From contig NC_088860.1 in NCBI RefSeq assembly GCF_963853765.1, positions 11,346,001 to 11,410,000 of the forward strand: a DNA stretch of 64,000 bases, in the 5' to 3' direction. Source of the DNA: Magallana gigas. Taxonomy: Eukaryota. The position numbers were made by a program, and so were the translations under genes. Positions within the stretch are counted from its first letter, which is position 1; every line of letters begins with the position of its first letter. Below the pieces are notes generated by a model that was given only the letters and a program-made list of their open reading frames with translations, was not told the DNA's origin and searched no databases. Below, one piece after another: positions 14,015-26,826 of this stretch.

Positions 14015-14095
14015 ATGCCAACCTACCATCGTCTTCAAAAAAATCTTAGAAGAGGAAAAAAACCTTGAATTGTTATTATAGAATCTAAAAAAGAA
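14015..14095 (+). pseudogene. Degenerate duplicate of exon 1 of the 246-aa PH-like gene (intact copy at 28455)
   Basis: Translates MPTYHRLQKNLRRGKKP* versus MPTNDRLQKLLRSEEY in the intact copy. Downstream similarity continues (gttattatagaatct vs gtcattttagaatct). No copy of exon 2 recognised nearby. Confidence 0.75.
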
Positions 14096-14297
14096 CTGAC
14101 AGGAGTTGATTTTGTCGATGTATATTTATTTTAAAATCAATGATATGTTATTTTGCATGACAAGTACATGTAGTTTCTAATTTGAATTACGCACATTCTT
14201 ATAATATGAATTTTTGGACTTTTTCGACATGTTAATAATATTTAAAGATAAAATTAATATTTCTCGAAAACTGTATGGATCCATGCAATATTGAACT

Positions 14298-14387
14298 CTA
14301 GTCTCGTTCAACCAAACGCTCGGTTGACACCGTAAATCTCCGACAAGGATTTACGGAGACTGCCGGGCGTCGAGTTGAACGATACTA
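14298..14387. mobile_element. ~90-bp palindromic micro-MITE with 9-bp flanking direct repeat
   Basis: TAGTCTCGTTCAAC ... GTTGAACGATACTA ends, internal hairpin CCGTAAATC/GATTTACGG, flanking TATTGAACT at 14289-14297 and 14388-14396. Confidence 0.75.
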
Positions 14388-16420
14388 TATTGAACTACAT
14401 ACGACTACAAAAAATATTTAAATTGTTCGTACCATTTAAAATCTGACTATTTTCAAGGTATTTATAAATAAGTTTCCTTCAAAAACAATGCTTTAGCATA
14501 CATTACATCGAATTTATCATTTTTTTTTCAAGAACTAAGTCTTGTCACCAGCAATGATTTGTGCTGAGGTCCAAACACTGTTTCACTTTCGGTTTGTCTG
14601 AGTAACTGCATAGGAGAGTTGATTAAAATCAACTCCCAAAAATACAAAAGTAAAAAAAAATAAGTTCTAAATGTTACAGTTAGATTCTATTAAATAATTC
14701 TAGAATGACGAGCAGTGAATTGACGTACCATTTTCATTAGTTCCACTGGAAAATCAATATAAGGTTCGTTCTTCAAACACTTTGGAAGAACCACTGGAAC
14801 CGTTCCTACCGGGTCCATTATTCTGTAAAGGTATCTGGTCCTCAGAGTCAACACATTCACGACACGAAATATTACCCAGGCCCCATTTCCGCTTCCCGTT
14901 TAGCAACATCTCAAAAATTCTTTTTACAAGTTGACCAGATCGGCGTTTGGTTTGTTTGGGTAAAACATAAATAAAAACAGCGAGGAAAAGTGCGAGTTTG
15001 GACTCTTTCTCGCAAGGTCCTGTGGCATTAATTCCCTCAATTATCACACTCATCAATAACGACATCACAGCCGATTGGATTCGTTAGTGTATGGAAGTGT
15101 CATGAATCCCAAAGGTTGACTTTTTTATTACATTTAAAACCAGGTTGATCTGAGTAATTGAATACCAGAGACAGAGTAATGTAAACATTATTTTTATGTA
15201 TATTCTGCTTCATTCATAAATGAAGTGAGATTTATCAACGTTTTGTTATGTTGGCCAATAATATTAGCAGGCTACCATGTGCTCTAGCCATGTCCAGACG
15301 AATTTATATATAGACACCAGGGTTGTATCTCAAAGCAAACAATGCTCTTTTCTGAACGCCAAGATTTGATCTTGTTACTACTATTTATACCATTGGAAAA
15401 CTTTGTCCATATTATGTTTCGCCCGACAACGACCTCGGTGTATTCCTTTAGGTTCGGAAGCAAAACCGGCACATGTAAAACACCGTTTAGAGAAGAGGAT
15501 GATCATCAGGAAAAAAAGGACTCTCCGTCTCGAACTTTCCTATTATTTATTGGAAGCAAACCGCCACAACGGCAAAAATGATTCTCAAACTTTCGATAAC
15601 ATCAATTTTTTCAAAATAAAAAAAGTATTCTTTGTTACTTTAAAGTGTGTTTTTCTTATCTACCCATCGTTTGTCGTCAATAGAAATATACCACTATGCA
15701 TGTTTAAATTTATATTTCCTGTTGATTTTATCACAAATATTGCGGGGGCATAAGGTGTAGATTTGGCAGAAATCTGGGCGTAAAAGAAGAGTAACAACTT
15801 TGACGATAATGTGGGTACATTTTCAAAATTCTTATCTTTATTTTTTTCATTTTGACTTGGAAGTAGATTAATACATTTTTAAACATAGAATCATAATTTT
15901 TCGTTCGAGTATAACATTACGCAAATACAGCATTTGATCTAAAAACCTACGCATTTAAAACATTTTTTTTAAAGTGACTTCATTGGGGTTATTTTGTTTG
16001 TTTTTTGTTTTTTGTTTATTTTGCCTTTTCTTTCTGAGTATTTAATGTTCAATAAGTGTATTTTTTTACCGTCAAAAACCATGCTTGAGTTAAAAAAAAA
16101 AAGATGTCATGACACAGATATGAACAAATATATATATTTAATATATAATATTTTTAAGGGAAGGGGGGGGGGATTCTCAAGTCAAAGAGATGTTTTTTTT
16201 TAGTACTGCAGTTACTGTACGATAAACACACTATTTATTGTGTTTCGATGATCTGTTTCTGGATAAGTGAGATATGCAAAAAGTATTTTTGATTAGTTTC
16301 CCCCTTTTTTCGGAAGGGAGGGGGTGTTAAAATGTTGGGCTTTTTTTGTATACAAAAAATAGGTTGACTTTGTTAGTTACAACGTGACATAAAAATGGAT
16401 TATAGGTAGATTTTATTTAA

Positions 16421-17504
16421 GGTTCCTCGACACACCAAAATTTTATTTTATGGATCGATAGAGAATCTTTTTTGAAACATAATTCCTCAAAACAGAGATC
16501 AATATCGGCTTTCAGTTATTTTATACGATTTTTTTTGTATTTTTTCAGTGAAATAGGAAAAACTGTTTTGCAGACAAACAGAATATATTAGAGCTTAAAA
16601 CTTGTTGTCAATTAATGTGTAATATAATTATAAATAAATTAATGCCAAAGATCGTTTGGTCAAGTGTTTAATTTTTTAATTAAAAAAATATTTATGAAAA
16701 TCAAAATTGTAATTCTTTAATGTCTTTTTAATCTATGGATAAAATTTTAAAAATAACATATAGTCACATAAACTATTTACTAAACAATGACATTTTACAA
16801 AGAAATTGAAATGAAAATGCGAAATTTTGGGAAAATTGCTATTTATCAAATTTGAACCGATATCCCGATTGACAAAAAACTGATCCCGATCAGAATAATG
16901 TTAAAATTGAAATTTTACAAATAAACTGCAGTTTTTTTCTAAGTAATTGATATAAATTATAAAGTTAGAAAATGACAAAACCATTTTACAGCTAAACAAC
17001 CTGAAATTTTTGCAAAATTCTGATTCATTCTAACTTTATGTGATTTTGTTCGGGATCAGTTTAATTACAATCGGGATCAGTTCGATTTTAAAATTTTCCA
17101 TTTAAACTTTAATTTCACTATTTGGTTTCAATTTCTTGTTGAAATATGATTGTACAGCAATTGTTAAATGCGAGTAACAGTTTATCTGCAGTTTTTATCT
17201 ATAGATTTAAAAAATATCTACAATCCTTTTTCTTCATTTTCATAAATATTTTTTTTACAAAAATATTTCAAAGTTTATCTGGCCGTTTTTGATATGTATT
17301 TATAGATAATTGTATTGTGCATTAATTGATAACAAATTTTTAGCTCTAATATATCTTGTTCGCAGCTAAAACGATGTTTCCGGTTTCTATAAAAAAAATA
17401 CAAAAAAAATCATGTAAAATAATCAGAGGCCGATATAGGTGTCATTTTTGAATAATCATTTCTTCATCGATCCATCAAATAATGCATTGGTGTCTCCAGC
17501 CACC
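16421..17504. mobile_element. ~1.08-kb TTAA-flanked non-autonomous element (Kolobok-like)
   Basis: TTAA|GGTTCCTCGACACACCAA ... TTGGTGTCTCCAGCCACC|TTAA, plus a subterminal inverted pair atggatcgat / atcgatccat. Confidence 0.75.
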
Positions 17505-18239
17505 TTAACCACACTTTTCCCGCGTTATCGGAGCGTTGTGGCAGATATCGGTACTAGACTGCGGTTTAGTCAAAAACGAAGCACATGAATACAATGGTTT
17601 CATCAATATTCATTGAATACCAATTTACGTAGATTTCTTTTATATGTTGATCTACGAAATTCAATGTTCTTTAAAGTGCAATTTTTACAAACTATATTGT
17701 ATTGATAGGATCATTGACAACGAATTACATATCCTTTAAACTGTGATTTTTTTTTTAATCCTCGAACATTGACATCCACTAATATTGATGTACGCAATGT
17801 ACACAGTACGCAAATATATCCGTCTAATGGCTAAACAATAAAAACACAAGTTTTTCTTTTTACCTTTAATTAAAATCAAAACATTATTTTTAAACAGCAT
17901 TACAAATGGTATTGATCATACATTAAATATATCACAAAAGTCCTTTTAAAGTTAGTAAATAAAAAATTAAATGCATCCCAACATAATTTGTAGTAGGCAA
18001 TAATAATACTACTGATAATATAATATAATGTAAATCACCACGACCAATATCAGAAGTCTGTTATATAAATTACACATAAGGAAATCTATAAAAGAAAGGA
18101 AAAAATGATTGTTTAAAAAGAAATTGTTCCGAAAATGTGAAATCTCCGTTTTTGCAGTACAAAAAAAATTTTATTCACTAAAACTACTTTTATAGCGAAT
18201 TGTCGTAACTTTTAAATGTCATTAATGTTGAATTCAATG

Positions 18240-21200
18240 TTAAAACCCTTGGTAATTAAGAAGATTAGCCTGCTCGGACCAAGCAGGAAACTGAGCGCCG
18301 TCCATTTCTCCAGCAAACTGGTTATCACGGCGCAGCTGATGACTCCCTCCACCTATTGTAGCATTACATTCTGGACACCTGCTCTCTATTGTAGCTCCTC
18401 CACAATCTCCTATCACATATGGATGGCCTGCAACGATGATTATAATAAATATAAATATTGTATTGTTAATTTTTTCTTTATTTTGAAAATCATTATAAAT
18501 ATATGTGTTTGTACGTGAGAAGGAGTGGAAACATACCATTAGGGCACTTAAACCAATGACCTTTTCTTTCTCCTAAAGCTCTAACAATTTGAACTTTTTC
18601 TTCCTCAGACACACCAAGACCACTTGCTGGGAATGCTTTCTCCAAATCTTTCAAAACTCTCTCCATAAAGTCCCTCTCGCCAGGTTTTAACTTTTTCCCG
18701 CCCTTAAGCAAATTTTCAAGTTCACCCAAATCACTTTTAAGTTTGCTTGGTACTGAATCACGGCGTGTGACCATTCTGTCGATGCAAATGATGAAGCGCT
18801 TAAAAGACTGAAGACGAGCTATCTCGTCCTCTGCGTCCGTCAACTCCTGTTCAGTGAAATATTTTCTTGTGGTAAGAATCCAATTTCTGAACAAAGTAAG
18901 GTCTTTGAGACATTCGTCTTTGAACATTTCCTTCAATTCTTCGTTGCGTATATTTTTCTCCCAATCCTGTTCAATCTTGTTGATTGCCTTTAAAAATTCT
19001 ATCTGATTTGTCACAGCCGCCAAAGTGCTTTCATCTACATTTGTTTCAAATAACGTATCATACACTTTTCTCATTGCTTTGCCATCAGATGGATACTTTC
19101 TAGAAAGAGTTCGGATTTCCTCGGGAATATCGTATCGCATTCTCTGAATTTTTTGTCTATCTCCAATAATTCTTCTCTTAACATTTTCAATATCAAGAAC
19201 AGTTTTCTTAACTTCATTGCCGTATCGCAAATTTCGACGAATAAGTGTTTTACATCTTGGGCATTCTATAAGTTTAATAGCGGCATCATCTTGATCCCCT
19301 TTTCCGAAGTTATCAATGTAATGATCTAATCCAGTAACTTCAAAAATATGACCACAGTCTTCTAACTCCACGAATCGTGCATCATCTTCGTCTTCGGTTC
19401 CAAAGAAAATTTCCGTCACTTCCTCTCGGTTACAGATACGACATTTTTTTGGACAAGGTTCTCCGCAGAGACCAATGCATGGATGTGTACATTTCAACTG
19501 CATGCGACAAGGCCTGTTACACCGAGGTCGATCACATGGCTCAAAACATCTTTTTGAGCACGTGTAATGCTTGCAAGACCAAGCACATTTTTCAACACAC
19601 TGTACGCACAATTCTCCACAGGTTTGAGTACATCGGCTGTGTACACACCGGTTATTACATTCCCTCTGGCAGGGAGGGCATTTGGAACAATTGTCTGGGC
19701 AAATATGGCCACAAATGAGAGGCCTCTCGCATCTCTTTTTACATCCAACATGAAGTCTACCATTCAAGCACTCTCCACATGTTCCTTTGCATTGGTGCAA
19801 GCATGATAAATTTTGCTTGCAGGGTTTAGTACAAATAGCAGAATCTGCTTCAAAACAAAGAACATTTACAACATGGCCACATTTAAATTTTCTTCTAACT
19901 GGGTGTTGACAATACTCAGTGTGTCGTTCACCACATAGGCTTTGGCACATATGACGACAAGGAAGGCGTTCTTCACATTTTGCCATGCATTTAAACTGGT
20001 GTGGTTGAGTCGAACAAGGCACTTTTTGTACGTGTCCACATGGTAGTGTTTTGTCGACAGGTATTGAACACTCGCCACAATTTTGGAAACACATACGTCT
20101 ACATCTGTGCTCTTCATTGTCGCAAATTCGTTTTTGGCAGGGTTTGCGACACTTACTTTCTTTATGATCAGCATCTATTACGTGACAGACCAGTGAGCAG
20201 GTATGTCCGCAAGGAAGCCTGTATTCGCAAGGTTTCATGCATCCTCCCTCGGGAGCTTTCTTGAAATCCTCTGGCTCAGTTGCATTGATTCCAGCATCGT
20301 TTGGATGATTTTGACAGTAAAGATGCAAGCCTTCTCCGTATAGGTTTTCGCGTTTGGCGTGTTCTACAACTTTTCTCCATAATTCGCTATTACCTGACAT
20401 TAGGTTCAAATTTCCGATGACATAAAACCCATGTTTAGCGCGAGAGAGAGCAACACACACACGGTTTTCAATTTTCAAAAACCCTATCTTCCCATCATCG
20501 TTGCTTCGAACAAGGGAGAGCAAGATAATGTCATTTTCTTCTCCTTGAAAATTGTCTACGACAGTGATTCTGGTCCCATAAAACTCGCTTTTGGGCATAA
20601 GCTTCTTCAGTTGAAAAAGTTGACCAGAATATAATGTAAGAATCGTGATTTGTTCTGGTTTGTACCCTTGCAGTTTAAGATATCGACAAAGAGCAACAAT
20701 GTATTCGGCTTCATAAAGGTTTGAATGACTTTTCTGTTCTTCATCGTTACTCTCTGGATAGTCATGGTGAATAAAGTACATATTGTTTGAAATTCCCTTT
20801 ATGTCTGGATACGTTTTCACAACTTCGTCATCTTCAAGCTCTGGGTAAATAATTCTCATCATTTTAGAGATTGTTGGTCGCATTCTGTGCTGGTATTTAA
20901 GGCAGTCGCATTCCATTCCATTTTTCACCATTCTCTCGAACAAGGAGACGTCAAGATTGTAGTCTTTAGCGAGTTTGTATACAGTTGGGTTAGGTTTCAA
21001 CTGTTTGTGATCACCTATCAAAATCAAATGTTCACATTCTGGGCTCAACGTTGTAAGGACGTGTGCTTCTAACACTTCAGCTGCCTCTTCTACGACCACT
21101 ACTCTCGGACCAATGTCCTGAAGCACAGACTGGTATCTTGCTGCACCTGTTGTCGTCATTCCAATCACTGTTGCCAAACGCATGATCTGTTGATCCTCCT

Positions 21201-23847
21201 GCATCTGAATCTCTCTTAGACGAGTCGCGCTTCGTTCATACTCGGCTTCCTTACCACGAATCTGGTCTCTATATGAACAACAAAATTTATGAGTCCAGTA
21301 ACGATATAAACGCCATTTATCTTTTTCGGTCAATCCCCAGATATCGTGTCCCATTCTTTGGAGGTTTAAAAAGTCTCGTTCAGTCATACGATTTGTAGAT
21401 CTCAGTTCCTTTCGTAATTTACTTTTCATCTTCTTTTTCTGCTTTCTGTCAATTTGCCAGCCCCCTTCTTCGTTGCCTGCATTTTCAAATTCTGAAACAT
21501 TGAGTGCAACAGCCTTCGTTCTGATATGAAGTTTTGCTAATTTTCTTTCGACATCTGCCGGGAGTCCAAGATCCTCTAGAAAATCGAAATCAATATCATC
21601 TTCATCGTCAATTTGTCTCATCTCGACAATTCGATCAACATCATCAACAACATCAACTTGTTCGTCTTCTTCATCAGGTAACGCATCAATAAGGTCCCCA
21701 TCTTCATCAACATCTTGTCTTATATGTTCCTGGGGAACTTCAAAATCGCCATGTTCAATTTGCAAAATTGTTCCATAGCCTAGCCATTCAACTATGGCTG
21801 ATGACTTTTTAATTTTCTTTAGAGATATTCCTGGATTGTGAAATTGAACGTATTGCTCAAAGCCTTGGACAAGATCATGGTAATAATTTCCCATAAATTG
21901 TTGTAAATAATCTTCATGAATAATTTCTCTTTCCGCTATTTCTATCTTCAGTGCAATCTCGTTGATGGCTTCTCTAATCTGATTCAACTCCCATCCCATT
22001 CGTCGAGCCTCTCTGGTTATATTTCCATCTATTTCCCTTGATGTCCTCATCTTCATGCGGTAGGCACTGATGTTGTAATTCTTCAACGCTTCACTACTAC
22101 TTCGACCTCCGACGCGCAAAATGTCGCCATTGTAAAATGACAAGATACCTTCTAAAAATTGGTCGAGAGCATGATTGGTGTAGCAAACAATCAACATGGG
22201 TCTGTGATTTACAACACCTTCCAAGTTAGTGTTCCAAACTTTGTAGTTGTGTAGCAAAGCCTTGACAATTTTCAACCCTATGTATGTTTTCCCAGTTCCT
22301 GGTGGGCCTTGAGTTATAACGAACTCATTTGTGAGTGCCCTTTGTACAGCCTTGTACTGCGAATCATCAAGATAAAGCTGCGCTGCAGAAGGCCATCTAT
22401 CAAAATCCATTATCCTAACATTTGCACATTTAGCAGACAATGGACTGAAATTATAACTGGGGTCACGCAAAACCGGAATACCAAGATTTCTTAGTTTTTT
22501 CTCTCCCTGCAAGATAATACCGTCGTCTACTAGCGGGCGTAGGTCGTACGTAATATTTCTCTGTCGCAAGTACCTGGGCTCTTTTACTTTGTCGGTCTCA
22601 CATCTCACAATGTACTTTTCAAATGGAATTCGACGCATGTTTTGGAGTCCACGCAACACGTGTTTATATGCCTCGAAATAAGCTGTGGTCTCTGCCATAA
22701 CAAACCGTGCATCTCTAGGAAGGGCTGCCATTTCGTCGTGAGTGTTTTCAAATTTCAAGTCCACAATTCCTTTTGATATAAGCTTTATTTCCCTATTTGA
22801 TACGCTTGCAAATAGCATTGTGCGAAAGCCATCTCTCGATAAGCAAACAAGTGATCCAAATATCAGACGTTTGCTTGACTCCCAACGCACACGCTTCAGT
22901 TTATCGACGTCAAAGCAAATCCTATAGGACAGTCCGGATTTGTCACATATTGGTGATATGATCTGTACATCTTTGTATATTCTCAGATCCTGCAGGCGTT
23001 TGACTTGACCAGTATTGTTCAAGGCTTCAATATATTCCTGAATACCTTCGCGCAATGGACAAATGAAGTCTTCTCTCAGAAGACGAAACTGTACGTCTAA
23101 GTAGTGGTCCAGGTCCCGGTATCCCCCCTTTTCTTTATTTCGTCGAAGAAATGGATTGTGTTCCATTCCCGCTGCCACGTCGATGGTCTGAGGACAGACA
23201 TTGATATCTCTGAAATCATTGTCTGGCTCTCGTTCATCTTCTCTCTCCATTTGTCTTTCGCGATTTTGTTTCATTGGCTTGGGTTTCATAATTCCCTCTT
23301 TGCATTCTTTGCAGATTTCAAATGCTTGTTCCAAGTTGTCGTCTAATAAATTCAAGAGTCTGAGTTTGTTAATTACAATTTCAATGATAGAAAAAACTCC
23401 TAAAAGAGTTGAAAGACTATGAGGTAGATTTTGAGCTAGAGCAATGAACAACTTTATGACATCATTTATCGATTCCTTGCGATCCATCATCTCAAATTCA
23501 TCTCCAACAAGACCAAACATAAATTCCATAAGCTTCACTTTCAAGAAATGTGAACCTTCTAATGTAGTCAATAAGGCTATGGTGCCTTGGCGTTGCGATT
23601 CGCATTCCAATGCTTTCGCGATACATCTAAGAATCAAAGCCGTCATGTTTGAATCGTGACTCTCATCAGCAAGGGCTTCTTTGAATCGAGTTCCTGGTGA
23701 ACTTAATGTCATCAAAACCTCATTTGCGTGTTTAGTTTTCAGTTCTTGCAGTCGACGAAACCCGCATCTAAGCTTCCAGGAACCCTCTGGGCGCCCCTCG
23801 ATTTTCCCCGTTGCTCCCCCGGGTCTGCGGCCTCTACCGCCAGGCAT
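18240..23847 (-). CDS. ZNFX1: NFX1-type zinc finger-containing protein 1, copy B, ~1832 aa
   Basis: Large exon 23863-18537 (tttcag|A CGA GAC ... CCT AAT G|gtatgt) and terminal exon 18427-18240 (ttgcag|GC CAT CCA ... TTT TAA). Same motifs, intron positions and 188-bp terminal exon as copy A. Likely start is the ATG at 23847 (MPGGRGRR). Predicted upstream exon ends at 26761 (GGAG|gtaagt). Confidence 0.95.
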
Positions 23848-26826
23848 TCCTCTCCCGTCTCGTCTGAAAAAAAAAATTCGCAACTCTTAATGATTCTGTG
23901 AAATTAGTTAGAATTAACTAGACATTTAAGACCACCAAAATTCATGTTTGATCGTTGATATTTTAAAGAGATTAAAGTTTTTTTTTTTAATTTTCAAATT
24001 CGTGATTAAGAATTGGTCAAATACTTATACATGCATTTATCTTATTAGAATAAGTAATGTGATTATTTCACCACTCTAATTTATCACTTATTATACATGT
24101 ATGGAGTGAATTACTGTTAAAAATCCTGACATGTAATCTTGTAAATCCAAATATGCAATCGCCTTGTTATGCGTGTGTGTACATGTAATTCTGACTCTGA
24201 AGCCTACGGTGAAAATTGGCAAAAACGTTTTGATTTTAAGCAATTTTTACGGGATATAAGTATGGCGTCCTGAATGTCGATTCAATACAGACTCACTAAG
24301 TGAAGTTGGTTAATCAAAATTTTGTGAACAAGCAAGCAATGGAACTACTTGGGGTCACACGGTGGTCTCAAACCCCATGCCGCTCAAAATATATTCACCC
24401 TATCGGAAATTATAATAGATATAATAAACATTTCTTTTTGTAGTAAAGTTAAACCCTTATCGTATAATACCATGGAAATTATATTACAGAAATTTAAGGG
24501 CATTCGTCACACCGACAACGATTTTTACACAAGGACATCTTCTTGTTTGGTCCAGTTTTATTCATACCTCAATAATTTGTCTAACATTAATATATTTTGA
24601 TCCAAAGAAAATAAAGGTCGTTCATTAAATGCTTATTTTAACAGTTTAACCGAATATTATGTTTATTTTGGTCCACTCCGGCCGATTTACAGCATGCCCC
24701 CCCCCCCCCCAACAATCAAGCATTTGCCATATAGGGTCATGTCAATCAAAATTCGACAAACTTGTAGATTTTACATTTGTCGATTTGTTACATGTCAAAT
24801 GTGCTATTTCCGAGCACGAAGGTACAAATGTAGAAACTACGGGTTAAGAATGTGCAAAGTTGAAGGTTAAATTAACTAATTAAATTCACACCCAGGCTCA
24901 CACACCAACACGACTGGCATATTCGGATTTACAAGTTTACAGGTCTGGATTTTTTTTTAACACGATTACCCTCTATAACTACGTTTTGTTCATTTTCATG
25001 AAATGCGCTTACTATTTTCAAAGTTTCAAATCCACCCAATTTATGACATTACAATGACCTTGTAAATTATATTAAAATTTGTTCAACAATTTTTTTGATT
25101 TTTAAAAATCAGTCGACAGTGTTTTATATATGTATTGCCTAAATCCCATAATTTAAAATTAAAAGCCATACGGCAAGTTTTGCTTTTTATTTTTACTCGT
25201 ATGAGCTTTTCGAAATAAAACTGCGTTGGAACAATTAACCAGTAATGACACCCTGGACATGATTTGATTTAACTGTGTGTTGCCAAGACTCAATCCTTAG
25301 GTATTCCGTGAACTATACCAGGTCTCGTAGATTTCAATGGCGATGAAAGCATTTAAAAATCAATGTATAAGTTCTACCAATCGATATTTACATATATTTA
25401 AATTGCATATAACAGGCACGTAGCATCGTTTTTGAAAGTGGGCGGCGGGGGGAGGGGGGGCGACTCATCCAAAAAATCGTGACAAGCAAAAACAACCTCG
25501 TTAATTTCAGAATCCTTAAAATCCTAATCCGTGTGTGTGTGTGTGTGTTGGGGGGGGGGGGGGCATAGTAGGGTCTGTATTCCTTTAACTTCAACTTCAC
25601 TGTTTTATATTTCCGTATTTTCAATTCAATTTTTTTACATGGTCCCATAAAAGTTGGGGGCCAACTTCATGTTCATTCAATATTTTGTATGTAAATTTAA
25701 GAAAAATGTTCAGTATTTCAATTTGTAAAGATTGATAGTCACTCAGTGTGAGCTAAATTATGCAATATATAAAAAAAATTGTTTTTAAATTATTATGGCT
25801 ATGTCATTTATGATTCTATACACACTGTGTATATTGTGATTGCCTATTTGTAAAATTTCATTTGCAGGATGGTGTAATACATTCGTTTTACATTTGCGTT
25901 GCATTTCTGATTTAGATTTCATTTACCACCACACACAAGAATGGTTAAATTATTGATAATTTTTTCATTTTATTGTAAAAAATTTCAAAGATTAACATGA
26001 TGGCTTTTTATAACATTACAATAAGAACCTGGTATTAAAAATTAAATAGTCTCTTTCATTGTTTTCATTTATAAAGCTAGTGTATACATTACCTGCCGTC
26101 CATGGTTTTTATCGCTGCAATTAAAGAAAAAACTATGTTATATTATCTATTCAGATAGTGTAAATACAGTTAACATTATTGTAGTTAACATAAACTTTGA
26201 TGATTGGGGGGGGGGGGGGGGGGGGGGGGTGTCTGATTTCTTATCATTTACTCGGAAACTATATAAAAGGGAAAACGAAAGTACATGCATTTCCATTTAA
26301 TTAATTAAATATTTCCTTGTACTTTCGATTTGATTAAATACTCCAAGTAGAAAAAGTAAAGAATAAATAACAATTATATTAATTTCTGTACCGTTTAGCA
26401 TCATTTTTGACTAATTAGGAAACACGTAAGCTGTTCAACCCAGCGGAAGTACACAGTGTTTTTAGTACTTGCATGATACTGTAGTTTTAGACATTTTAAT
26501 AAAAATACTTTAAAAATCCGATCTTACTCTATTAATAAACAATGCAATGGTCCCATCAAGCAATCAAGAATCAACGTTGAAGTGAAAAATCGATCACAAA
26601 CATTGAATTTACTTCATAAAAAAAACCCATTTACATGTATATCTACCCCGCACTTCACAATAGGTTCTGCCCACTGTCATAGCATATACATATGAAAGTT
26701 AAACAGTTTTGCCTACGTTGTAAATATAAACACTGCCTCGATTAGAACGTGTCCACTTACCTCCACAGGTCCAGCAGTTTGATACGAACTGATCCTCATT
26801 CTGTCTGGTTTACTTACTCATTCAAT

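Noticed and set aside
14750-15570. GC-richer stretch with several 60-116-aa ORFs
   Set aside because: Stops in all frames, no recognisable domain and no consistent splice model. Probably a decayed repeat, but I cannot identify it.
23848-23883. ORF-track start MRIFFFRR for ZNFX1-B
   Set aside because: The TTG start lies in the polypyrimidine tract upstream of the acceptor at 23864, so it is intronic.
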